From an uncultured delta proteobacterium (lineage in GTDB: Bacteria > Myxococcota > Kuafuiibacteriia > Kuafuiibacteriales > Kuafuiibacteriaceae): 64,000 bases of DNA. A program made the translations under genes and the position numbers. The notes beneath the pieces were generated by a model. The model ran no database searches, was not told where the DNA came from, and worked only from the letters and a program-made list of their open reading frames with translations. The stretch is taken from positions 1,376,001 through 1,440,000 of the forward strand of contig CAWDML010000009.1 in the NCBI GenBank assembly GCA_963803435.1, read 5' to 3'. Of this stretch, positions 31,552 through 41,887 are shown in pieces. Position 1 is the stretch's first letter, and the number at the start of each line of letters is the position of its first letter.

Positions 31552-34419
31552 TCAGCTGGTCGTCGAGGTCTTCTTCTTGTCGGCGAGCTCTTTGAGGTAT
31601 TCCTTCAGCGCCGGATCGTTCTTCTGGAGCAGCTGGGCGTGCTTCAAGTACTTCTCCGCCTTCACCAGATCGCCCTTCATGAAGTAGGCGCGCCCGCAGG
31701 TGCGCCAGGCGGTCGAGCTCCTCTTGTCGACCTCGAGCACCCACTTGCAGTCCTTGATCGCCTCGTCGTAGCCACCGCGCTCGAGCTCGAGGATCGCGAG
31801 GTTCGCGCGCACCGCGCCGAGGTGCGGACTGTGCTCGAGGGCCCGGATCAGCGCGTGCTCGGCCTCGTCGACGCGGCGCTCCTGATAGTACACCTGGAAG
31901 GCCGAGATGAAGATGTTCTCCGGGGCCCAGGCGTGATCGAGCGCGGCGTAGAGCGCGACCTCCGCCTTGGCGTCGTACTTCTCCGCCTTCGCCAGCCGCT
32001 CCTGGGCGGCCTGTGTCTGTCCCTGTCGCTGCAGCTGCGCGGCCTCCGAGCGGAGGTAGCGCGCGGTGTCGGCGTAAGCGTTGCCGAGGTTCTGCTTGTA
32101 GAAGCTCTCGTTGGGGTTGATCGAGATGGCGCGCTTGATGTTCGAGATCTTGCGGTCGAGCTGCTCCATCGCGCTGTGGGCCCGGATGCGCTCGCCGACG
32201 AACGCCTGCTCGGCGGAGTTGACCTCCAGACCGCCGTGGATCGTGTGACCGAGCAGCACCACGCCAATCAGCGCCAGCACCACCGACAGAACCATCGGCA
32301 CCTCGTTCGAGACGGAGCCCGGCTCGCGCTTTCTGAACTCGGCCCAGTGCCGGGCGATGTTGACCCCGAGCGGGCGGGGGGCCTCGTCCGTGCAGGGCTC
32401 GAAGAAGACCGCCGCGCACCCGAGCAGGAAGTAGAAGAAGACCGAGCACGCCACCGAGTCGAAGCCCGCAATCGAGTAGAACGCGTAGCTGAAGAACGAG
32501 GTCACCACGCCGAACGCGAGCGCCCGTTCGGTCCGCGTGTAGGCCGCCGGGAGCTCCAGCGCGCCGATGCGCTCGAGCACGTTCCCCGCAGGATCGAAGC
32601 CCGTCACGATGACCCGCCCCGGCTCCGACGAGGCCCGCAGCGCCTTGTCGGACTCGCCGATGAGGTCCGCCACGTCCTTCGAGGCAGGCGTGGAGAGGAA
32701 CAGCCTCGGCTTCTCGGGATCTTCGACGATCTCCCACGCCGTGATGACGCCGGCGCTCGGCTCGCCCGCCTCGGTCTTCCCGAGCAGCCGGCGCGGCTTC
32801 GCCAGGAAGCGCCGGAACGACTGGGAGAGCAGCCGCCAGAGCAACCAGAGATAGGCAGCCAGGCCCACGATCCCGAACGAGGCCAGCACGTACAGATAGT
32901 TGTTGTGCGGGTTGTCGTGGTTCGTCATCGGGTCCATGGCCTCGAGCCGTTTGCTCTTGTGGCTCATGAACGCGTACCGATACGTCTCGATCCCGATGCC
33001 GAAGAACCAGACCTCGATCTTGCGCCAGGCGCTGTCGAACCGCTTCTGGGACTCGGTGAGCTTCTCCTTGACGGTGATGCCGTCGACGTCGCTGAGCACC
33101 ATCGGGAGGACGTGCTCCGCGTAGTCGTCGTGATCCTCGTAGAGGCGCTGGAGCGTCTCGCCGTGGTGGTAGAGAACCCGCGGACTCTCGCTCCACAGGA
33201 AGCGCCGCGTGCCCTGGCCCTTGCCGTAGTCGATCCGATCCGGATCGAACGCGGCCGGGATCGATCGGATCGTCTTCGCGTACAGGTGATCGCTGAACGC
33301 GACAAACAGCGACAGCGACAGCACCGACACTGCCAGGACCGAGTAGCAGGTGATCTGGATGATCCGCTTGCGCTCGGGGGCGTCGTTGAAGAGGCGGGGA
33401 AGCAGGATGAATCCCGCGGTGATCGCGACGCCCGTGCCGACCCAGGCGCCGCGCGTCCGCGTGAACGCCAGGCCGAGGAAGATACCGACCAGCATCGCCG
33501 CGATCCCGCCGGCCGCCAACGCATCCGCGGCGTAGCGGCTCTTCTCCTCCTTCAACCGGATCCCCTCGACGCCCCAGGTTCCGGCGGCCGCGCAGCCGAC
33601 GATGAGCGCGAGCGCCATGCCGACGCCGATCTTGAACAGCCGCTGCTTGTCGTCCGGCGCCAGGGTCTGACTGGCGCCCGCCACCGCGCCCAGCCCCAGG
33701 CAGAGCCCGAGGACCGCCGCGAAGCCGATCGCGAAGAGGATCAGCCCGGCGATGGGGCTCGCGCCCCAGCGCTTCTTGGCCACGGTGGTGGTGGCGCCCG
33801 TGATGGCGAGGAGCGTCGAGATGGGCGCGATCAACGCCAGCGCGTTGCCGGCGAAGGTGGCGTTCCCGAGCGTCGAGTAGACCTTGGTGTGGGGCTTGTC
33901 GAAGAAGCCGTACGGATCGATCCCGTGGGCCTGGAGCGCCGCGTAGATCCCGACGATGCCACCCACGATCGCGAGGACCCCGAGGCCGAGGACCGCCCCG
34001 CGACGCGAGGAGAAGCAGGTCGCGGTCACCACGAACAGGCCGATGCAGCCGAGAAAGCCCTGCAAGCCGAATTGACGCTCGTAGACGCCGTAGATGCTGG
34101 TGGCCGGATCGATCGAGAACAGCGTCGAGATGATGATCGCCGCGGTCAGCGCGAACACCGGGCCCACGAACAGCTTGATGCTCCCCCAGCGAAAGCCCCG
34201 GCCGAACAGACCGTAGAGGAGCCAGACCAGGAACACGCCGCCGCCGCCCACCTTGAGCGCGAGCGCCTTCGGCACGTCGAAGACGCGGTTGACGTCGAGC
34301 TTGAACCACAGGGCGACCAGGGCGACCGTCAGGATGGCCGCCCCGAGCAGGGCGACGTCGACGTATCCCGAGGCGATCGGTGGGAGCTCGGGCTCTTTGT
34401 CCCGCGCTTTGCGGCTCAC
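31552..34419 (-). CDS. O-antigen ligase (Wzy_C) family membrane protein with C-terminal TPR repeats
   Basis: Multiple TMs; STLGNATFAG, TRTRGAWVG, FGIGIETY, NPHNNYL; TPR tail. Confidence 0.82.
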   Translation of the reverse strand: MSRKARDKEPELPPIASGYVDVALLGAAILTVALVALWFKLDVNRVFDVPKALALKVGGGGVFLVWLLYGLFGRGFRWGSIKLFVGPVFALTAAIIISTLFSIDPATSIYGVYERQFGLQGFLGCIGLFVVTATCFSSRRGAVLGLGVLAIVGGIVGIYAALQAHGIDPYGFFDKPHTKVYSTLGNATFAGNALALIAPISTLLAITGATTTVAKKRWGASPIAGLILFAIGFAAVLGLCLGLGAVAGASQTLAPDDKQRLFKIGVGMALALIVGCAAAGTWGVEGIRLKEEKSRYAADALAAGGIAAMLVGIFLGLAFTRTRGAWVGTGVAITAGFILLPRLFNDAPERKRIIQITCYSVLAVSVLSLSLFVAFSDHLYAKTIRSIPAAFDPDRIDYGKGQGTRRFLWSESPRVLYHHGETLQRLYEDHDDYAEHVLPMVLSDVDGITVKEKLTESQKRFDSAWRKIEVWFFGIGIETYRYAFMSHKSKRLEAMDPMTNHDNPHNNYLYVLASFGIVGLAAYLWLLWRLLSQSFRRFLAKPRRLLGKTEAGEPSAGVITAWEIVEDPEKPRLFLSTPASKDVADLIGESDKALRASSEPGRVIVTGFDPAGNVLERIGALELPAAYTRTERALAFGVVTSFFSYAFYSIAGFDSVACSVFFYFLLGCAAVFFEPCTDEAPRPLGVNIARHWAEFRKREPGSVSNEVPMVLSVVLALIGVVLLGHTIHGGLEVNSAEQAFVGERIRAHSAMEQLDRKISNIKRAISINPNESFYKQNLGNAYADTARYLRSEAAQLQRQGQTQAAQERLAKAEKYDAKAEVALYAALDHAWAPENIFISAFQVYYQERRVDEAEHALIRALEHSPHLGAVRANLAILELERGGYDEAIKDCKWVLEVDKRSSTAWRTCGRAYFMKGDLVKAEKYLKHAQLLQKNDPALKEYLKELADKKKTSTTS

Positions 34420-34507
34420 CTCGGGACGGTTAGGTCCTCGGTAGCCGCGATGTAAAGGGCCGTTTACCTGCCCCCGACACTCTGATAGCTAACACCGCTC
34501 GGCCCTG

Positions 34508-36118
34508 ATGTTCGAGACGATCGCCAAGGGCTTCAAGACGGCGAAGCAAAAGCTGCTCGGAGACGGGATCTCCGAGGAGGCGCTGGAGGGCGCGATCCGG
34601 GACATCCGGATGTCGCTCCTCGAGGCCGACGTCGACCTGGACGTCTCGAAGAGCTTCCTCGAGCGTGTCCGGGAGCGGGCCAAGGTCGAGGTGGTCGCCA
34701 AGGTTGCGACCCTGGTCCTCAAGGACGGCAAGCAGCGCGAGATCACGCCCTACCACCGCTTCGTCGCCATCTGTCAGGAGGAGCTCGAGACCCTGATGGG
34801 CGGCGCAGGGACGGCGCACATCGACTTCGATCCGATGGGGGTGACGGCCGTGATGATGGTCGGCCTCCAGGGCTCCGGCAAGACCACGACCGCCGCCAAG
34901 ATCGCACGGTGGATGACCGAGCGGCTCGAGAAGAAGGTCACCCTGGTGGCCGCCGACGTGCAGCGCCCGGCCGCCATCGATCAGCTGGAGCGCCTCGGCG
35001 AGCAGATCCAGGTCCCGGTCTTCTCGCAGCGGGGCGGCGATCCGCTCCAGCTCTGCGGCGACGCCCTCGCCAAGGCCGGCAAGCAGAGCCGCGACGTCGT
35101 CATCTTCGATACCGCCGGCCGTCTCGCCATCGACGAGGCGCTGATGGCCGAGCTCGAGCGGATCAAGGCGCGCACCAAGCCCCAGGAGATCCTGCTGGTG
35201 GTCGACGCCATGATCGGCCAGGACGCGGTGCGCACCGCCAAGGCCTTCGACGATCGCCTCGGCATCACCGGCTTCGTGATGACGAAGCTCGACGGCGACG
35301 CCCGCGGCGGCGCGGCGCTGTCGATCAAGGAGATCACGGGCAAGCCGATCAAGTTCCTCGGGACCGGCGAGACCCTGGACGCGCTCGAAGCCTTCCGGGC
35401 CGACGGCCTGGCCTCGCGGATCCTGGGGATGGGCGACGTCGTCGGGCTGGTGAAGGAGTTCGAGCGCCACGTCGACGCCGACAAGGCCGAGGAGGACGCC
35501 GAGCGGATGTTCCGCGGCCAGTTCGACATGGCCGACTTCGTCGAACAGATCGGGATCCTCAAGAAGATGGGCTCCCTCCAGGAGCTGTTCGATCGGATGC
35601 CCATGTTCCAGGAGGGCGCCCCCGACGGGTTCCGGCCCGACGAGCGCGAGTTCACCAAGATCATCGCGGTGCACGACTCGATGACGCCGGTGGAGCGCCG
35701 GCGGCCGGCGCTGGCCCGGGAGCAGACGCGCCTCCATCGCATCGGGAAGGGCTGCGGGCGCCCCGAGAAACAGGTGCTGGAGGTGCTCGCGAAGTTCGAC
35801 ACCATGCGCCGCATGATGATCGCGCTGGGCGATCAGCCGTCCCTGCTCACCAAGCTCCCCGGCTTCAGCCAGCTGGCCCAGGTGCGCAAGCTCCGGGGGC
35901 TCGATCTGGCCGAGCTGTTCGGCGACGCGTTCGAGCTGCCGCCCGAGCCCGACGAGGACGAGGACGACGCCGACGAACCGGAGGTCGGGGCCGCCGCGAA
36001 ACGCAAGCGGGAGTACTTCTCACACATCACGAAGCCTCCGCCGCCCAAGAAGATCGACCGCGACAAGCAGAAGAAGAAGCGGAAGATGGCGAAGAAGGCC
36101 AAGAAGCGCCGGAAGTGA
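34508..36118 (+). CDS. ffh: Signal recognition particle protein Ffh/SRP54
   Basis: LLEADV, GLQGSGKTTT, DTAGR, TKLDGDARGGAALS, M-domain SMT..ER..RI..GCG; basic tail. Confidence 0.92.
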   Translation: MFETIAKGFKTAKQKLLGDGISEEALEGAIRDIRMSLLEADVDLDVSKSFLERVRERAKVEVVAKVATLVLKDGKQREITPYHRFVAICQEELETLMGGAGTAHIDFDPMGVTAVMMVGLQGSGKTTTAAKIARWMTERLEKKVTLVAADVQRPAAIDQLERLGEQIQVPVFSQRGGDPLQLCGDALAKAGKQSRDVVIFDTAGRLAIDEALMAELERIKARTKPQEILLVVDAMIGQDAVRTAKAFDDRLGITGFVMTKLDGDARGGAALSIKEITGKPIKFLGTGETLDALEAFRADGLASRILGMGDVVGLVKEFERHVDADKAEEDAERMFRGQFDMADFVEQIGILKKMGSLQELFDRMPMFQEGAPDGFRPDEREFTKIIAVHDSMTPVERRRPALAREQTRLHRIGKGCGRPEKQVLEVLAKFDTMRRMMIALGDQPSLLTKLPGFSQLAQVRKLRGLDLAELFGDAFELPPEPDEDEDDADEPEVGAAAKRKREYFSHITKPPPPKKIDRDKQKKKRKMAKKAKKRRK

Positions 36119-36178
36119 TGATCACGCCGAATCGTCCGATGAGGACGCCTTCCGCGCTCGCTACATTCCGGTAAGAGC

Positions 36179-36817
36179 ATGAACACGAGGAGTTTGGTGG
36201 CCGCGGCGTCCTTCGTCCTGACGACGGCGCTCGCGGCGAACGCATCCGCAACGGACGTCTCCGAGATCAGCGCGGACGACTACTACGGCGCCGCCTATTT
36301 CAAGCAGGCGCTCGACCATCCGAAGGTCGCGAAGCAGACCAGCCGCAACCGGCAGATCGCCGTGGTCGCCCGCGACATCCACTGGCAGCCGAAGAAGCTG
36401 AGCAAGGCGATCGACAAGGTCGACGGGCTCGCGGGGGACCCCATCGATCTCGCCGCCAGCGCGATCAAGCACGGCGTCTCCGGGACGCGGGTCGCGGGCC
36501 GGGTGCTCGACGTCCTCATCAACGCCGACGAGCCGAAGCACGTCGTGGTCTACATCCGGTTCCAGGGATCGACCGCGAAGGACGTGGTGAAAGATGCCTC
36601 GACGATCGCGAGCGTGGTGGCGCGCAAGGTGCCGTTCGTGTCGACGCTCTCACTCTCGGCGATCCACCCGAAAGCACCCAAGGACAGCAAGACGAGCGTG
36701 TGGTCGGCGAAGATCGGCCGCATGGCGATGACCCGCATCGAGTCCAACCGGATCGACGACTATGCCGAGCGCCTCTACAAGGGCCTGTTCGAGGGTGTGG
36801 AAGAGCGCCCCTTCTGA
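36179..36817 (+). CDS. Secreted hypothetical protein
   Basis: Signal peptide ending ANA; 212-aa ORF with typical codons. Confidence 0.7.
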   Translation: MNTRSLVAAASFVLTTALAANASATDVSEISADDYYGAAYFKQALDHPKVAKQTSRNRQIAVVARDIHWQPKKLSKAIDKVDGLAGDPIDLAASAIKHGVSGTRVAGRVLDVLINADEPKHVVVYIRFQGSTAKDVVKDASTIASVVARKVPFVSTLSLSAIHPKAPKDSKTSVWSAKIGRMAMTRIESNRIDDYAERLYKGLFEGVEERPF

Positions 36818-36907
36818 GCACACGTCGGACGGACCTCCCAGGTTTGACCCTGGTCCAGGGGGGTCGTAACCTCGTTCTCTGGGCTCAGAGTGCTCGCCGG
36901 CCAACCA

Positions 36908-39900
36908 GTGACCTCTCCGCACGAGCGCATCGGACGCTACGAGGTCCTCCGTAAGATCGCGACGGGCGGCATGGCGGAGCTCTTTCTCGCCAAGCAGGTC
37001 GGGATGGAGGGCTTCGAGAAGGTCGTCGCGATCAAGCGGATCCTCGCGCATCTCGCCTACGACGAAGAGTTCATCAACATGTTCCGGGACGAGGCCCGGA
37101 TCGTCGCCAAGCTCTCGCATCCCAACATCGTCCAGATCTACGACCTCGGGAAATCCGACGACACCTACTTCATCGCGATGGAGTACATCCCGGGCCGCAA
37201 CCTCTCGAGCATCGCCAAGCGCGCGAAGCTGAAGGAGGAGCGGATCCCGCCCGAGTACATCGGACGCTGCGTCGCACAGGCCTGCGAAGGGCTCTACTAC
37301 GCGCACACCCGCAAGGACATCGACGGGCGTCCCCTCCGGATCGTCCATCGTGACGTCTCCCCGCAGAACATCATCGTGTCGTTCTCGGGCACCGTGAAGC
37401 TGGTCGACTTCGGCATCGCGAAGGCCGCCACCAAGATCGCGCATACGCGCGCGGGAGTGTTGAAAGGTAAGTACGCGTACATGTCCCCGGAGCAGATCAA
37501 GGGCGAGGAGATCGACGCGCGCTCGGATCTGTTTGCGGTCGGCATCGTCCTCTACGAGCTGATGGCGGGCCGACGTCCCTTCGAGAAGGACAACTCGATC
37601 CAGACGCTCAAGGCGATCGTCCAGGAGCCGCACCGCGATGTCCGCGAGCTGAACCCCGACGTTCCCGAGGAGCTCTCCCGCATCATCGACAAGGCGCTCG
37701 CGAAGGACGCCGCCGAGCGCTACCAGGACGCTCAGGAGATCCAGATCGCGCTGGAGGACTTCGTCAGCAACAGCGCGAACCGCTGCAACAACATCACCAT
37801 CAGCAACTGGGTCCAGGGCCTGTTCGCCGAGGAGCTGTCCCGCGAACGCGGCGGAACGATGGTGTTCCAGGGCGTGGGCGAGGTCATCCTTCCCGAAGTC
37901 GAGTCCCCCGATCCCGAGCAGAGGTCGCCCTCGGCCGACCTCGATCCGTCCGAGCCGCTCCCGCTGGAGCGGGGTCGCGGCGGCGGGAGCGTGGATGCGC
38001 GGCCGCCGATCCAAGCGCCGTCGAACTCGCTGATCGAGTCGCTCGCCGAGTACCAGTCCGGGCGTCGCAGCCTGATCGAGGAGGAGGTCCTCGAGCGACC
38101 TCGCCCGGTGTCGAGCAGCAGCGGCGGCTTCGACGACGATGCCACCGTCCACATGATCGAGGCCACGGCCCCCCCCGAGACCGGCGACGTGCTGGCTGAG
38201 GGCGAGATCGACCGGCCCCTCAAGCCGATGGTCTTCGACGACTCGAAGACGGAGTTCTCACCGCCCTCGCACGATCTGGACGAGAGCGCGCCGCACGTCG
38301 AGATGGTGGACGACGACACCTCCGAGCACGGAGTCGTGGATCGACCGCGCACCGGAGACTCGGACGTCTGGGACGAGGCCACGATCGGCTTTCCGGACGG
38401 TAGCCGCGGGGACGCGCCCACGATCTCGCCCGATCGTCCGCTCGAGCCCGACGCGGCGAGCGTCGAGGCGGCCGCGCTGCTCGACGCTGAGCACGGCGGG
38501 TTGTCGGACGATGAAGCGTGGGGGGATCTCTCGGGCAGCTTCGACGGCGGCGCGCGGCCGGGGCCCGAGCCGGATCTGTGGGACGACAAGACTGCGCAGA
38601 ACAACGACGCGTACCTCGCGGCTGCGATCATCGCGCCCACGATCGAGGACATGGGCTCGGACTTCGTGCTCATTCCCGGGTTCAGCGACGACTCGAGCGA
38701 GATCCAGGCGGCCGACGTCATCGGCGACGCGACGATCGCGGTCCCCGCCCTCGAAGACGACGAGCTGTTCGCGGACGAGAACGACGAAGGCGAGGGCGAC
38801 TTCGAGGGCGAGGCCACCATCGCAGCGCCCGGTCTGATCTTCCCCGATGACTCGAGCGGCGGCTTCGGCGAGGACGCCACGCTCCACATCGGCGAGATGG
38901 GTCTGGACGATAGCGGCGGCTGGGCCAGCGACGCCACGATCGCCGCGGCCGATCCCATCCACCACGCCGAGGAGGAGGAGATCGAGGTCCCGATGCTCTC
39001 CGACGAGACGATGCCCTCGGTCGACGTCGAGCCCGAGCTGCCCGAGGGCGTGGACCTGTCGCGCGACATCGATCAGGACGGCGCCACGCTCGCCGGGGTG
39101 ACCTCGGACTTCCTCAACGCCGGGGTGCGCCCGCCGATCGATACCTACGATCGCTCGAGCAGCGTGCTCCCCCGCCGCGAGACCAAGCAAGAGCGCCTGG
39201 GCGCGATCAAGCTCAGCAAGGTCCCCGTCATGCCGGACTCGGGGATCTTCGAGACCGGCTTTGGCACCTCCGAGGAGGTGACCGAGGGCGAGCTCGACGG
39301 CGATCCGCCAGCCCAACACCCGCGCGTCGAGCCGCGGCCGGTCTCCGATCTCGACTTCGAGTTCGAGGACAGCGCGTATGATGAGCACGAGCTCCCCAGC
39401 AAGGTGAAGTCGAGCAAGCTCGACCGCGAGGCGCACAAGGAGCTCTACGACGCCGCGCAACAGGAGTACTCGGCGCTGGTGGCGCCGAAGACGCTCGAGC
39501 CTCTCAACCCGCAGAAGAACCCGATGCACATCGGGAGCACGAACGTCCCTCCGGCGGCGCTCTCGCTCTCCGAGATGCTCGCCGATCCCAAGGTCCGGAT
39601 GCCGAGCATCCGAAGCGCCACCATGCTGGGGCGCCAGATCCGCGAGGTCGTCCGAACGCCCAACGACGGCCCCAGGGTGGGGGAGGCTCCGCAACCAGCG
39701 ATCGTGCCGAGCCTGCAGATGCCGCCGCCGGCACCTGCGTCGCCCTCTCAGCACGCGGTCCATCCCCAGTATCCGCAGTATCCGCAGTATCCGCAGTATC
39801 CGCAGGGCGAGCTCAATGATCCGGAGCTCATGAATGCGCCGATCCCGTACGAGCCGGCTCCGCGCCCGCGCGCGCGGCTGCTGATGGCGGCGCTGATCGC

Positions 39901-40204
39901 TGTCGGCGTGGCCTGCCTGGCGACGATGGCGTACTACCTGATCCCGCTCCTGGCGCCCTCGAACCAGCACCTCACGATCCGCACCACGCCCGTGGGTGCG
40001 ACGGTCTTCGTGGACGACATCGCGCAGGAGGGCACCACGCCGATCACGATCAAGGGCCTGGAACCGGGCACGTCGTACCAGATCCGGCTGGAGCGCGAGG
40101 GTTACGAGTCGATCGCCAGGGAGGTGCGGCTGCCGCCGAACCGACCGCTCATCTGGCAGATCCCGCTCAAGCCGAAGCCGACCATCACCTCGATCACGAA
40201 CTGA
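36908..40204 (+). CDS. Membrane Ser/Thr protein kinase with very long acidic linker, TM and PEGA
   Basis: GGMAELF, VHRDVSPQN, DFGIAK, YMSPE; TM LLMAALIAVGVACLATMAYYLI; PEGA. Confidence 0.92.
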   Translation: MTSPHERIGRYEVLRKIATGGMAELFLAKQVGMEGFEKVVAIKRILAHLAYDEEFINMFRDEARIVAKLSHPNIVQIYDLGKSDDTYFIAMEYIPGRNLSSIAKRAKLKEERIPPEYIGRCVAQACEGLYYAHTRKDIDGRPLRIVHRDVSPQNIIVSFSGTVKLVDFGIAKAATKIAHTRAGVLKGKYAYMSPEQIKGEEIDARSDLFAVGIVLYELMAGRRPFEKDNSIQTLKAIVQEPHRDVRELNPDVPEELSRIIDKALAKDAAERYQDAQEIQIALEDFVSNSANRCNNITISNWVQGLFAEELSRERGGTMVFQGVGEVILPEVESPDPEQRSPSADLDPSEPLPLERGRGGGSVDARPPIQAPSNSLIESLAEYQSGRRSLIEEEVLERPRPVSSSSGGFDDDATVHMIEATAPPETGDVLAEGEIDRPLKPMVFDDSKTEFSPPSHDLDESAPHVEMVDDDTSEHGVVDRPRTGDSDVWDEATIGFPDGSRGDAPTISPDRPLEPDAASVEAAALLDAEHGGLSDDEAWGDLSGSFDGGARPGPEPDLWDDKTAQNNDAYLAAAIIAPTIEDMGSDFVLIPGFSDDSSEIQAADVIGDATIAVPALEDDELFADENDEGEGDFEGEATIAAPGLIFPDDSSGGFGEDATLHIGEMGLDDSGGWASDATIAAADPIHHAEEEEIEVPMLSDETMPSVDVEPELPEGVDLSRDIDQDGATLAGVTSDFLNAGVRPPIDTYDRSSSVLPRRETKQERLGAIKLSKVPVMPDSGIFETGFGTSEEVTEGELDGDPPAQHPRVEPRPVSDLDFEFEDSAYDEHELPSKVKSSKLDREAHKELYDAAQQEYSALVAPKTLEPLNPQKNPMHIGSTNVPPAALSLSEMLADPKVRMPSIRSATMLGRQIREVVRTPNDGPRVGEAPQPAIVPSLQMPPPAPASPSQHAVHPQYPQYPQYPQYPQGELNDPELMNAPIPYEPAPRPRARLLMAALIAVGVACLATMAYYLIPLLAPSNQHLTIRTTPVGATVFVDDIAQEGTTPITIKGLEPGTSYQIRLEREGYESIAREVRLPPNRPLIWQIPLKPKPTITSITN
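39764..39805 (+). repeat. 9-bp tandem repeat (CCGCAGTAT) encoding PQY repeats
   Basis: ccccagtat ccgcagtat ccgcagtat ccgcagtat ccgcag. Confidence 0.85.
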
Positions 40205-41250
40205 GGAACGAAGCCTCGCCTGCGATCTCGAAGCACCGCGCCACCTCGGCCGGCGTCAGGATGTCGGCCGCCACCAGGAGCTCCGCCTCGCGGCGCAGGT
40301 CGGTCGCCAGCATGTAGGTGGCGTCGGTGTTGATGGTGAAGCGCACCCGGTGATCGAGGAACGTCCGCAGGACGAACCGCATCTCCTCGAGGTCACGCAC
40401 GGCGCGCGTGTGGAGGTTGGACGTGGGACAAATCTCGAGCACCACGCCTTCGTCGCGGAGGATCCGCATGGCCTCGTCGCTGTACGCTGCCCGGATGCCG
40501 TGTCCGATGCGGTTCGGCTTCAAGTGGCGGACCACCGCGATGACGCCGTCGGCGCCGGTATCGGGGGTCTCGCCGGTGTGCACCGTGGTGCGGAGGCCCG
40601 CCTGGCGCGCCTTCTCGAAGAGACCGGCGAAGCGTTGCGCCGAGCGAAGGTCGAGCTCGAATCTGATGCTCCTCGGTGCCTGCCAGATCGATCCCCACCA
40701 CGCCCCGGGAGAGGTAGCGGATGGCCTTGTCCACGATGATCTCGTTGAGCTCGGCCGAGAACTCGCGCGCCAGGCAGAAGATGAGACCTGCGTCGAGGCC
40801 GTACTCGAGGCACGCGCGATCCATCCCGCGCAACGCGGCGTGGATGATGTGGTCGAGATCGCGCTCTCCGCCCAGGTTGCGCTTCATCGGGTTGAAACGG
40901 AGCTCCATCGTCTTGACGCGCGAGCCGCGATACTCCTTCGCCAGGATCTCGTAGACCGAGCGCTCCATGGCGGCCGGGCTGGATTGGATCTTCTCGGTCC
41001 AGGTGTGGAGGATGTCGAGATAGTCCTTGAGGCTCTTCACCTTCTCCGGGGTGGAGGTGACCAGATCGACGAACTCGAAGTAGTCGCGCACCGGCAGCTT
41101 GAAGCCCTGGTCGTGCGCCATCGAGAACAGGATGTGGGGTGCGACCGCGCCGCCGGCGTGGAGGTGGAGCTCCGTGAGGAACTCCGGGATCCCGGGGATG
41201 GTTCGGCGCTCGGGATCGCGTAGGTACGGGATGGGGGTGGTCTCACTCAA
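40194..41250 (-). CDS. add: Adenosine deaminase (frameshift at 40659)
   Basis: ELHLH, GIDLAG, HTGE, RIGHG, EICPTSN, INTD. Confidence 0.88.
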
Positions 41251-41887
41251 CGGCCATCGCTCCTTCGAGCCGGAGACTGCTCATGATCGCCTGGACCTCG
41301 GCGCTCACGGTCTCGGCATCCTCCGCGAGGTAGGTCGCGGAGAGCGTGACGATGACACGAGAGCCTTCCGGAGGTCGACGAAGGACGACGAGCGAGCGAT
41401 GGACGACCTCCTTGGGCGGCGCGCTACCTGCCCTGACCAGGTACGCGATCTCGACGTCACCGACCTCCTCCCGGCCCACGAAACGCGAGCTCATCGCGCT
41501 GCGCGTGAGCCCCACGTTCGCCGCCGAGTCGAGGCTCTTCAAATCCTGGAGTGTCTGATCGAAGACCTCCTGCGGGTTCTTCCGTGCGGTCGGCTCGACC
41601 GTCACGACCAACCGTGGCGGGACCAGGAAGGACTTGCCCATCCCCACGCGGTGAGCCTGGGCCACCACCTGGACCGACTCGGCGCGGGTCGTCACGGAGG
41701 GCGAGCCGTCGGCGCCCAACGCCGGGGCGGCGTCGACCATGTCCTGCACCCACCCCATCGGCAGCGTCACGAAGACGCCGGCCGCCTCCGCGCCGAACGC
41801 CCTCAACGGGCCCGCATCCTCGGCGACCGGCTTCGCCTCCTCCTTGCACGCTGAAAGCGCGAACAAGAGGAAGAGCGCGGTCCTCAC
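41243..41887 (-). CDS. Hypothetical lipoprotein
   Basis: Lipobox FALSAC; overlaps neighbouring genes in an operon-like fashion. Confidence 0.7.
   Translation of the reverse strand: MRTALFLLFALSACKEEAKPVAEDAGPLRAFGAEAAGVFVTLPMGWVQDMVDAAPALGADGSPSVTTRAESVQVVAQAHRVGMGKSFLVPPRLVVTVEPTARKNPQEVFDQTLQDLKSLDSAANVGLTRSAMSSRFVGREEVGDVEIAYLVRAGSAPPKEVVHRSLVVLRRPPEGSRVIVTLSATYLAEDAETVSAEVQAIMSSLRLEGAMAVE

Noticed and set aside
36832-36865. Hairpin as an intrinsic terminator
   Set aside because: Imperfect stem and no U-tract.
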